Origin: Rebecca billardiae RCC1528
Lineage: Eukaryota > Protista > Haptophyta
DNA: 64,000 bases
Assembly (NCBI GenBank): GCA_965240325.2
Contig: OZ251223.1
Location: 3,782,001 to 3,846,000, forward strand
Direction of reading: 5' to 3'
Numbering within the stretch: the stretch's first letter is position 1; the number at the start of each line of letters is the position of its first letter. Under the pieces are notes generated by a model. The model did not search any database. It saw only the letters and a list, made by a program, of their open reading frames with translations, and was not told where the DNA came from. This document shows positions 1 to 12,100 of the stretch, piece after piece. The position numbers were made by a program, and so were the translations under genes.

Positions 1-107
1 TCCGACCGGCGCCGCGCGCGCCGGATGCTGAGCCTGGCGCGCGGCGCCGCGGGGAATGACGCGGGGACCGTGGCGCTCGAAGCTGCCGGGCGACGCCAGC
101 TGACCTC

Positions 108-146
<39 letters not shown>

Positions 147-3100
147 TGTCGACGATGACTGCCACACCGGTGGAGGGCAGGACCGCCGCGCGCGCCGCCG
201 CCTCGCGACCATGCCGGCGCTCGCAGGTGCACCGGCCTGGCTGCGCCGCTCGGAGGATCGGCCGGACGGGCTTGGCGGCGACGGTGAGCGCCGCCGCCTC
301 GACCATCGCCGCCGCCGGCTCAGCGGTGATGACGACGACGACGACGACGACGGTGGCTTTGACATGTGCACCGATGCGGAAGCGACGATCGCATGTGACG
401 CGTGTGACTCGCCAGCGTCGCCCCCGCCGCCTCCAAGCCCACCGCCGCCGCCACCGCCCGTGCGCCCGCCACCGTCTCCCCCCTCGCCGCCGCCGCCGCC
501 ACCATCGCCGGCGCCGCCGCCACCAAGCCCGCCACCGAGCCCGCCGCCGCCACCGCCGCCGAGCCCGCCGCCGCCCCAACCGCCGGCGCAACCGCCACCG
601 AGCTCGCCGCCACCGAGCTTGCCGCCGCCACCGCCGCCGAGCCCGCCGCCGCCCCAACCGCCGGCGCAACCGCCACCCAGCGCGCCGCCACCGAGCCCGC
701 CGCCCAGCCCTCCACCGCCGAGCCCGCCGCCGCCACCGCCGCCATCGCCGCCGCCGTCGCCGCCGCCGTCGCCGCCGCCGCCCAGCTCACCACCGCCACC
801 ACCGCCGTCGCCGCCACCCAGCCCGCCCCCAAGCCCGCCACCGCCGAGCCCGCCGCCGCCGCCGCCGCCATCGCCGCCGCCGTCGCCACCGCCGCCCAGC
901 TCGCCACCGCCGCCACCACCGTCGCCGCCGCCAAGCCCGCCCCCGTCTCCGCCACCGCCCAGCCCGCCGCCGCCACCACCGCCATCGCCGCCGCCTTCGC
1001 CACCGCCGCCCAGCTCGCCACCGCCGCCACCGCCGTCGCCTCCGCCGAGCCCGCCGCCCAGCCCGCCGCCGCCCAGCCCGCCACCGCCGCCGCCGCCATC
1101 GCCGCCGCCCTCGCCACCGCCGCCCAGCTCGCCACCGCCGCCACCGCCGTCGCCTCCGCCGAGCCCGCCGCCCAGCCCGCCGCCGCCATCCCCGCCGCCG
1201 CCACCGCCGCCGTCGCCGCCGCCGTCGCCGCCGCCACCCAGCTCGCCACCGCCGCCACCGCCGTCGCCTCCGCCGAGCCCGCCGCCCAGCCCGCCACCGC
1301 CCAGCCCGCCGCCGCCGCCGCCGCCATCGCCGCCGCCATCGCCACCGCCGCCCAGCTCGCCGCCTCCGCCACCGCCGTCGCCACCACCGAGCCCGCCGCC
1401 GAGCCCTCCACCGCCGAGCCCGCCACCGCCACCGCCGCCATCTCCGCCGCCCTCGCCGCCCCCACCCAGCTCGCCACCGCCGCCACCACCGTCGCCGCCA
1501 CCAAGCCCGCCTCCGTCTCCGCCACCGCCCAGCCCGCCGCCGCCGCCGCCGCCATCGCCGCCGCCGTCGCCACCGCCGCCCAGCTCGCCACCGCCGCCAC
1601 CGCCGTCGCCTCCGCCGAGCCCGCCGCCCAGCCCGCCACCGCCCAGCCCGCCGCCGCCGCCGCCGCCATCGCCGCCGCCATCGCCACCGCCGCCCAGCTC
1701 ACCACCGCCGCCACCGCCGTCGCCGCCTCCGAGCCCGCCTCCGTCTCCGCCACCGCCGAGCCCGCCGCCGCCACCGCCGCCATCGCCGCCGCCGTCGCCA
1801 CCACCGCCCAGCTCGCCGCCTCCGCCACCGCCGTCGCCACCACCGAGCCCGCCGCCCAGCCCTCCACCGCCGAGCCCGCCGCCGCCACCGCCGCCATCTC
1901 CGCCGCCCTCGCCGCCCCCACCCAGCTCGCCACCGCCGCCACCACCGTCGCCGCCACCAAGCCCGCCTCCGTCTCCGCCACCGCCCAGCCCGCCGCCGCC
2001 GCCGCCGCCATCGCCGCCGCCGTCGCCACCGCCGCCCAGCTCGCCACCGCCGCCACCGCCATCGCCTCCGCCGAGCCCGCCTCCGTCTCCGCCACCGCCG
2101 AGCCCGCCGCCGCCACCACCGCCATCGCCGCCGCCGTCGCCACCGCCGCCCAGCTCGCCACCGCCGCCACCGCCGTCGCCGCCTCCGAGCCCGCCTCCGT
2201 CTCCGCCACCGCCGAGCCCGCCGCCGCCACCACCGCCATCGCCGCCGCCGTCGCCACCACCGCCCAGCTCGCCGCCTCCGCCACCGCCGTCGCCTCCGCC
2301 GAGCCCGCCTCCGTCTCCGCCACCGCCGAGCCCGCCGCCGCCACCACCGCCATCGCCGCCGCCGTCGCCACCGCCTCCCAGCTCGCCGCCGCCGCCACCG
2401 CCGTCGCCTCCGCCGAGCCCGCCGCCCAGCCCTCCACCGCCGAGCCCGCCACCGCCACCGCCGCCATCTCCGCCGCCCTCGCCGCCCCCACCCAGCTCGC
2501 CACCGCCGCCACCACCGTCGCCGCCACCAAGCCCGCCTCCGTCTCCGCCACCGCCCAGCCCGCCGCCGCCGCCGCCGCCATCGCCGCCGCCATCGCCACC
2601 GCCGCCCAGCTCACCACCGCCGCCACCGCCGTCGCCGCCTCCGAGCCCGCCTCCGTCTCCGCCACCGCCGAGCCCGCCGCCGCCACCGCCGCCATCGCCG
2701 CCGCCGTCGCCACCACCGCCCAGCTCGCCGCCTCCGCCACCGCCGTCGCCACCACCGAGCCCGCCGCCCAGCCCTCCACCGCCGAGCCCGCCGCCGCCAC
2801 CGCCGCCATCTCCGCCGCCCTCGCCGCCCCCACCCAGCTCGCCACCGCCGCCACCACCGTCGCCGCCACCAAGCCCGCCTCCGTCTCCGCCACCGCCCAG
2901 CCCGCCGCCGCCGCCGCCGCCATCGCCGCCGCCGTCGCCACCGCCGCCCAGCTCGCCACCGCCGCCACCGCCGTCGCCTCCGCCGAGCCCGCCTCCGTCT
3001 CCGCCACCGCCGAGCCCGCCGCCGCCACCACCGCCATCGCCGCCGCCGTCGCCACCGCCGCCCAGCTCGCCGCCGCCGCCACCGCCGTCGCCGCCTCCGA

Positions 3101-6100
3101 GCCCGCCTCCGTCTCCGCCACCGCCGAGCCCGCCGCCGCCACCACCGCCATCGCCGCCGCCGTCGCCACCACCGCCCAGCTCGCCGCCTCCGCCACCGCC
3201 GTCGCCTCCGCCGAGCCCGCCTCCGTCTCCGCCACCGCCGAGCCCGCCGCCGCCACCACCGCCATCGCCGCCGCCGTCGCCACCGCCTCCCAGCTCGCCG
3301 CCGCCGCCACCGCCGTCGCCTCCGCCGAGCCCGCCGCCCAGCCCTCCACCGCCGAGCCCGCCACCGCCACCGCCGCCATCTCCCCCGCCCTCGCCGCCCC
3401 CACCCAGCTCGCCACCGCCGCCACCACCGTCGCCGCCACCAAGCCCGCCTCCGTCTCCGCCACCGCCCAGCCCGCCGCCGCCGCCGCCGCCATCGCCGCC
3501 GCCGTCGCCACCGCCGCCCAGCTCACCACCGCCGCCACCGCCGTCGCCGCCACCGAGCCCGCCTCCGTCTCCGCCACCGCCCAGCCCGCCGCCGCCACCA
3601 CCGCCATCGCCGCCGCCGTCGCCACCGCCACCCAGCTCGCCACCGCCGCCACCGCCGTCGCCACCGCCGAGCCCGCCTCCGTCTCCGCCACCGCCGAGCC
3701 CGCCGCCGCCACCACCGCCATCGCCGCCGCCGTCGCCACCGCCGCCCAGCTCACCACCGCCGCCACCGCCGTCGCCTCCGCCGAGCCCGCCGCCCAGCCC
3801 GCCGCCGCCATTCCCGCCGCCGCCGCCGCCGCCATCGCCGCCACCGTCGCCACCACCGCCCAGCTCACCACCGCCGCCACCGCCGTCGCCTCCGCCGAGC
3901 CCGCCGCCAAGCCCACCACCGCCGAGCCCGCCGCCGCCGCCGCCGCCATCGCCGCCGCCATCGCCACCGCCGCCCAGCTCGCCGCCTCCGCCACCGCCGT
4001 CGCCACCACCGAGCCCGCCGCCCAGCCCTCCACCGCCGAGCCCGCCACCGCCACCGCCGCCATCGCCGCCGCCCTCGCCGCCCCCACCCAGCTCGCCACC
4101 GCCGCCACCACCGTCGCCGCCACCAAGCCCGCCTCCGTCTCCGCCACCGCCCAGCCCGCCGCCGCCGCCGCCGCCATCGCCGCCGCCGTCGCCACCGCCG
4201 CCCAGCTCACCACCGCCGCCACCGCCGTCGCCTCCGCCGAGCCCGCCGCCGAGCCCGCCTCCGCCGAGCCCGCCACCGCCACCACCGCCATCGCCGCCGC
4301 CGTCGCCGCCCCCACCCAGCTCGCCACCGCCGCCACCGCCGTCGCCACCGCCGAGCCCGCCTCCGTCTCCGCCACCGCCCAGCCCGCCTCCGCCGCCGCC
4401 GCCATCGCCGCCGCCGTCGCCACCGCCGCCCAGCTCACCACCGCCGCCACCGCCGTCGCCTCCGCCGAGCCCGCCGCCGAGCCCGCCTCCGCCGAGCCCG
4501 CCACCGCCACCACCGCCATCGCCGCCGCCGTCGCCACCGCCACCCAGCTCGCCACCGCCGCCACCGCCGTCGCCACCGCCGAGCCCGCCTCCGTCTCCGC
4601 CACCGCCCAGCCCGCCTCCGCCGCCGCCGCCATCGCCGCCGCCGTCGCCGCCGCCGCCCAGCTCGCCGCCGCCGCCACCGCCGTCGCCTCCGCCGAGCCC
4701 GCCGCCGTCTCCGCCACCGCCGAGCCCGCCGCCACCGCCGCCGCCGTCGCCACCGCCATCTCCACCGCCGAGTCCGCCACCACCGAGCCCTCCTCCGCCG
4801 CCTCCACCGTCACCGCCGCCTTCTCCCCCTCCAAGCCCGCCACCACCGAGCCCGCCGCCGCCACCGCCGCCGTCGCCGCCGCCGTCGCCACCGCCGCCCA
4901 GCTCGCCACCGCCGCCACCGCCGTCGCCTCCGCCGAGCCCGCCGCCCAGCCCACCGCCACCATCCCCGCCGCCGCCCCCGCCGCCATCGCCGCCGCCGTC
5001 GCCGCCGCCGCCCAGCTCGCCACCACCGCCACCACCATCGCCGCCGCCGAGCCCGCCGCCGTCTCCGCCACCGCCATCTCCGCCGCCGCCACCGCCGCCA
5101 TCGCCGCCGCCGTCGCCACCACCGCCCAGCTCGCCACCACCGCCACCACCATCGCCGCCGCCCAGCCCGCCGCCGTCTCCGCCACCGCCATCTCCGCCGC
5201 CGCCACCGCCGCCATCGCCGCCGCCGTCGCCACCACCGCCCAGCTCGCCGCCTCCGCCACCGCCATCGCCGCCGCCGAGCCCGCCTCCGTCCCCGCCACC
5301 GCCGAGCCCGCCGCCCCCTCCGCCGCCATCGCCGCCGCCGTCGCCACCACCGCCCAGCTCGCCGCCGCCGCCACCGCCGTCGCCGCCGCCGAGCCCTCCG
5401 CCCAGCCCGCCGCCGCCATCCCCGCCGCCGCCGCCGCCGCCATCCCCGCCGCCGTCGCCACCACCGCCCAGCTCGCCGCCGCCGCCACCGCCGTCGCCGC
5501 CGCCGAGCCCTCCGCCCAGCCCGCCGCCGCCATCCCCGCCGCCGCCGCCGCCGCCATCGCCGCCGCCGTCGCCGCCGCCGCCCAGCTCGCCACCACCGCC
5601 ACCGCCGTCGCCGCCGCCGAGCCCTCCGCCCAGCCCGCCGCCGCCATCCCCGCCGCCGCCGCCGCCGCCATCGCCTCCGCCGTCGCCACCGCCACCCAGC
5701 TCGCCACCGCCGCCACCGCCGTCGCCACCGCCGAGCCCGCCTCCGTCTCCGCCACCGCCCAGCCCGCCTCCGCCGCCGCCGCCATCGCCGCCGCCGTCGC
5801 CGCCGCCGCCCAGCTCGCCGCCGCCGCCACCGCCGTCGCCTCCGCCGAGCCCGCCGCCGTCTCCGCCACCGCCGAGCCCGCCGCCACCGCCGCCGCCGTC
5901 GCCACCGCCATCTCCACCGCCGAGTCCGCCACCACCGAGCCCTCCTCCGCCGCCTCCACCGTCACCGCCGCCTTCTCCCCCTCCAAGCCCGCCACCACCG
6001 AGCCCGCCGCCGCCACCGCCGCCGTCGCCGCCGCCGTCGCCACCGCCGCCCAGCTCGCCACCGCCGCCACCGCCGTCGCCTCCGCCGAGCCCGCCGCCCA

Positions 6101-9100
6101 GCCCACCGCCACCATCCCCGCCGCCGCCCCCGCCGCCATCGCCGCCGCCGTCGCCGCCGCCGCCCAGCTCGCCACCACCGCCACCACCATCGCCGCCGCC
6201 GAGCCCGCCGCCGTCTCCGCCACCGCCATCTCCGCCGCCGCCACCGCCGCCATCGCCGCCGCCGTCGCCACCACCGCCCAGCTCGCCACCACCGCCACCA
6301 CCATCGCCGCCGCCCAGCCCGCCGCCGTCTCCGCCACCGCCATCTCCGCCGCCGCCACCGCCGCCATCGCCGCCGCCGTCGCCACCACCGCCCAGCTCGC
6401 CGCCTCCGCCACCGCCATCGCCGCCGCCGAGCCCGCCTCCGTCCCCGCCACCGCCGAGCCCGCCGCCCCCTCCGCCGCCGTCGCCGCCGCCGTCGCCACC
6501 GCCGCCCAGCTCGCCACCGCCGCCACCGCCGTCGCCTCCGCCGAGCCCGCCGCCCAGCCCACCGCCACCATCCCCGCCGCCGCCCCCGCCGCCATCGCCG
6601 CCGCCGTCGCCGCCGCCGCCCAGCTCGCCACCACCGCCACCACCATCGCCGCCGCCGAGCCCGCCGCCGTCTCCGCCACCGCCATCTCCGCCGCCGCCAC
6701 CGCCGCCATCGCCGCCGCCGTCGCCACCACCGCCCAGCTCGCCACCACCGCCACCACCATCGCCGCCGCCCAGCCCGCCGCCGTCTCCGCCACCGCCATC
6801 TCCGCCGCCGCCACCGCCGCCATCGCCGCCGCCGTCGCCACCACCGCCCAGCTCGCCGCCTCCGCCACCGCCATCGCCGCCGCCGAGCCCGCCTCCGTCC
6901 CCGCCACCGCCGAGCCCGCCGCCCCCTCCGCCGCCATCGCCGCCGCCGTCGCCACCACCGCCCAGCTCGCCGCCGCCGCCACCGCCGTCGCCGCCGCCGA
7001 GCCCTCCGCCCAGCCCGCCGCCGCCATCCCCGCCGCCGCCGCCGCCGCCATCCCCGCCGCCGTCGCCACCACCGCCCAGCTCGCCGCCGCCGCCACCGCC
7101 GTCGCCGCCGCCGAGCCCTCCGCCCAGCCCGCCGCCGCCATCCCCGCCGCCGCCACCGCCGCCATCGCCGCCGCCGTCGCCGCCGCCGCCCAGCTCGCCA
7201 CCACCGCCACCGCCGTCGCCGCCGCCGAGCCCGCCGCCGAGCCCGCCACCGCCATCCCCGCCGCCGCCGCCGCCGCCATCGCCTCCGCCGTCGCCACCAC
7301 CGCCCAGCTCGCCACCGCCGCCACCACCGTCGCCACCGCCGAGCCCGCCGCCGAGCCCGCCACCGCCGAGCCCGCCGCCGCCACCGCCGCCATCGCCGCC
7401 GCCGTCGCCGCCGCCGCCCAGCTCGCCACCGCCGCCACCACCATCGCCGCCGCCGAGCCCGCCGCCGAGCCCGCCGCCGCCATCTCCGCCGCCGCCACCG
7501 CCGCCATCACCGCCGCCGTCGCCGCCACCGCCCAGCTCGCCACCGCCGCCACCGCCGTCGCCGCCGCCGAGCCCGCCGCCGTCTCCGCCACCGCCGAGCC
7601 CGCCGCCCCCTCCGCCGCCATCGCCGCCGCCGTCGCCACCACCGCCCAGCTCGCCGCCTCCGCCGCCGCCGTCGCCGCCGCCGAGCCCGCCGCCGTCTCC
7701 GCCACCGCCGAGCCCGCCGCCGCCTCCGCCGCCATCGCCGCCGCCGTCGCCACCACCGCCCAGCTCGCCGCCTCCGCCACCGCCGTCGCCGCCGCCGAGC
7801 CCTCCGCCCAGCCCGCCGCCGCCATCCCCGCCGCCGCCGCCGCCGCCATCGCCGCCGCCGTCGCCACCACCGCCCAGCTCGCCGCCTCCGCCACCGCCGT
7901 CGCCGCCGCCGAGCCCTCCGCCCAGCCCGCCGCCGCCATCCCCGCCGCCGCCGCCGCCGCCATCGCCGCCGCCGTCGCCACCACCGCCCAGCTCACCACC
8001 GCCGCCACCGCCCTCGCCGCCGCCGAGTCCGCCGCCCAGCCCGCCGCCGCCATCTCCGCCGCCGCCACCGCCGCCATCGCCGCCGCCGTCGCCACCACCG
8101 CCCAGCTCACCACCGCCGCCACCGCCGTCGCCGACGCCGAGCCCGCCGCCGTCTCCGCCACCGCCGAGCCCGCCGCCGCCTCCGCCGCCATCGCCGCCGC
8201 CGTCGCCACCACCGCCCAGCTCGCCGCCTCCGCCACCGCCGTCGCCGCCGCCGAGCCCTCCGCCCAGCCCGCCGCCGCCATCCCCGCCGCCGCCCCCGCC
8301 GCCATCGCCGCCGCCGTCGCCACCACCGCCCAGCTCGCCGCCTCCGCCACCGCCATCGCCGCCGCCGAGCCCGCCGCCGTCTCCGCCACCGCCATCTCCG
8401 CCGCCGCCACCGCCGCCATCGCCGCCGCCGTCGCCACCACCGCCCAGCTCGCCGCCTCCGCCACCGCCATCGCCGCCGCCGAGCCCGCCTCCGTCCCCGC
8501 CACCGCCGAGCCCGCCGCCCCCTCCGCCGCCATCGCCGCCGCCGTCGCCACCACCGCCCAGCTCGCCGCCTCCGCCACCGCCGTCGCCGCCGCCGAGCCC
8601 TCCGCCCAGCCCGCCGCCGCCATCCCCGCCGCCGCCGCCGCCGCCATCGCCGCCGCCGTCGCCACCACCGCCCAGCTCGCCGCCTCCGCCACCGCCATCG
8701 CCGCCGCCGAGCCCGCCGCCGTCTCCGCCACCGCCATCTCCGCCGCCGCCCCCGCCGCCATCGCCGCCGCCGTCGCCACCACCGCCCGGCTCGCCGCCTC
8801 CGCCACCGCCATCGCCGCCGCCGAGCCCGCCTCCGTCCCCGCCACCGCCGAGCCCGCCGCCCCCTCCGCCGCCATCGCCGCCGCCGTCGCCACCACCGCC
8901 CAGCTCGCCGCCGCCGCCACCGCCGTCGCCGCCGCCGAGCCCTCCGCCCAGCCCTCCGCCGCCATCCCCGCCGCCGCCGCCGCCGCCATCGCCGCCGCCG
9001 TCGCCGCCGCCGCCCAGCTCGCCACCGCCGCCACCACCATCGCCGCCGCCGAGCCCGCCGCCGAGCCCGCCGCCGCCATCTCCGCCGCCACCACCGCCGC

Positions 9101-12100
9101 CATCGCCACCGCCGTCGCCACCACCGCCCAGCTCGCCACCGCCGCCACCGCCGTCGCCGCCGCCGAGCCCGCCGCCGAGCCCGCCACCGCCGAGCTCGCC
9201 GCCGCCTCCGCCGCCATCGCCGCCGCCATCGCCTCCGCCACCGTTGCCGCCGCCGAGCCCGCCGCCGCCGAGCCCACCACCGCCGCCGCCGCCCTCCCCA
9301 CCACCGCCGCCCCCGCAGTTTTCGAGCTGCACGCCCATCACGCACCCGCGGCTCGACTGGCTCGCTGCGACCATCCCGTTTGACGACAGCAGAAGCGGGG
9401 CTCCGTGCCCGCAGCAGAACTGCATGGCGGAGAACAACTTCATGATCTGGAACAACATCCTCTCGCACAACTGCGAGCTGCTCGCCCTCCGCCTCACCGC
9501 GCTCAACGAGTACATCCCGCACAACACGAGGAAGAACGGCAAGTTTCCGATCATCGACGGCAGCATCGACAACTCGCCGTTCGGCTCGCTCAACCAGCAG
9601 TTCTTTGACCGGAACGATCCGAGCAACGCGGATCGCGTGCGCACCAACTACGAGCTCCAGGTCGGCCGCATGGGCACCGACGCGAGCGGCGTGTTCGACG
9701 GCACCTTCACGCCCGTGTACGACGTGCCGACCATCTCGCTCACCATCTTCGACGTCGACAACCTCCGGGGGCGCGCGGGCGACCCTGTGCAGACGACCGA
9801 GATTCTGTGCTTCCCGACGGACATGCTGCGCGACGGGCCCAACCCGGCGTACCCGGGCCTCGTCAGCGAGGACACGCTGAAGCGCGTCGCCGTGCGGCCC
9901 GACGGCGTGCCGGACGAGGTGGCGTACCCCCAGATCTCCGACTGCGAAGTGGGCGAGCTGTATGTGACGTCCAAGGAGCCGGAGGACGCGCCCAACCCGG
10001 AGGACGAGCAGTACCTCCTCACGTCCGTGCAGAAGAGGACGGCCATCACCCTCGTCTGGCACAACGCCAGCGGCATCGAGCGGATCCACTTTTCGATGCA
10101 CACGCCGTGCACCAAGGTAAGCGCGCGCGCCGCCGCGCCGCCGTCGCGCGCCTGACCGACGGCCGCGTCGCGACACTCACCACACCCGCCCCCCTACCCG
10201 CGCCGCGCGCACGCTCGTCGAGCGCAGGCCAACTGCGGCACTCTCGGAGGGTGAGCGCTCGCGCGTGCCGAGGCCGCGCGCGACACCAACCCTTGCGCAA
10301 CTCACCTCTCCGCGCGCCGCTCGCTCTCGCCGCTCGCGCAGGCGCAACATCTTCTTCGCGGGGGAGAGCACGGTCACGCAGTGCCCGATTGACAGCTTCT
10401 TCAACGAGACCGAGCTCGAGTCCTTCCTCGAGCCGCCCGTCAACGAGAGCACCTACGACAAGCTGATCGAGCAGGGGAAGGAGGCATGCTCGGCCGCGGT
10501 CTGGCAGAACGTCACGGAATGGTGGGCCGTCGCGGGGCTGGTGACCAACATCTCGTTCAACGACTTCTTCCACGTGACGCAGGCGGAGTCGGGGTGGTAC
10601 GACCGCGTGGTGGAGGGCGCGTGGCAGCTGCTCGAGGTGATGCAGCAGGCCGCACGCAGCGAGAACGCCAATGGCGACGCCTGGTGGCAGCTCTCGCGCA
10701 CCGCGGTCGCGGCCGTGCTCAACGCGGCGCACCCGGGCTTCGACTACCCGCTGACCAAGTGCCAGGTGATCACGATGGTGGACAACGTGATGCGTCTGCC
10801 GTCCGAGGCGTACCAGGCGGACGTGGAGAAGGTGAACGTCGTGCTCGACGCGCTCCACACCAAGCTGCCCTGCCCGCCGCCGAGTCCGCCGCCGCCGCCG
10901 CCGCCTTCGCCGCCGCCGAGCCCGCCGCCCAGCCCGCCGCCGCCATCACCGCCGCCGCCACCGCCGCCATCGCCGCCGCCGTCGCCACCACCGCCCAGCT
11001 CGCCACCGCCGCCACCGCCGTCGCCGCCGCCGAGCCCGCCGCCGAGCCCGCCGCCGCCATCTCCGCCGCCGCCGCCGCCGCCATCGCCACCGCCGTCGCC
11101 ACCACCGCCCAGCTCGCCACCGCCGCCACCGCCGTCGCCGCCGCCGAGCCCTCCGCCCAGCCCGCCGCCGCCATCACCGCCGCCGCCCCCGCCGCCATCG
11201 CCGCCGCCGTCGCCACCACCGCCCAGCTCGCCACCGCCGCCACCGCCGTCGCCGCCGCCGAGCCCTCCGCCCAGCCCGCCGCCGCCATCACCGCCGCCGC
11301 CCCCGCCGCCATCGCCACCGCCGTCGCCACCACCGCCCAGCTCGCCACCGCCGCCACCGCCGTCGCCGCCGCCGAGCCCGCCGCCGAGCCCGCCGCCGCC
11401 ATCTCCGCCGCCGCCGCCGCCGCCATCGCCACCGCCGTCGCCACCACCGCCCAGCTCGCCACCGCCGCCACCGCCGTCGCCGCCGCCGAGCCCGCCGCCC
11501 AGCCCGCCGCCGCCATCACCGCCGCCGCCACCGCCGCCATCGCCACCGCCGTCGCCACCACCGCCCAGCTCACCACCGCCGCCACCGCCGTCGCCGCCGC
11601 CGAGCCCGCCGCCCAGCCCGCCGCCGCCATCTCCGCCGCCGCCACCGCCGCCATCGCCACCGCCGTCGCCACCACCGCCCAGCTCACCACCGCCGCCACC
11701 GCCGTCGCCGCCTCCGAGCCCGCCTCCGTCTCCGCCACCGCCGAGCCCGCCGCCGCCCCCGCCGCCATCGCCACCGCCGTCGCCACCACCGCCCAGCTCG
11801 CCACCGCCGCCACCGCCGTCGCCGCCGCCGAGCCCTCCGCCCAGCCCGCCGCCGCCATCACCGCCGCCGCCCCCGCCGCCATCGCCACCGCCGTCGCCAC
11901 CACCGCCCAGCTCGCCACCGCCGCCACCGCCGTCGCCGCCGCCGAGCCCGCCGCCGAGCCCGCCGCCGCCATCTCCGCCGCCGCCGCCGCCGCCATCGCC
12001 GCCGCCGTCGCCACCACCGCCCAGCTCGCCACCGCCGCCACCGCCGTCGCCGCCGCCAAGCCCGCCGCCGAGCCCGCCGCCGCCATCTCCGCCGCCGCCG

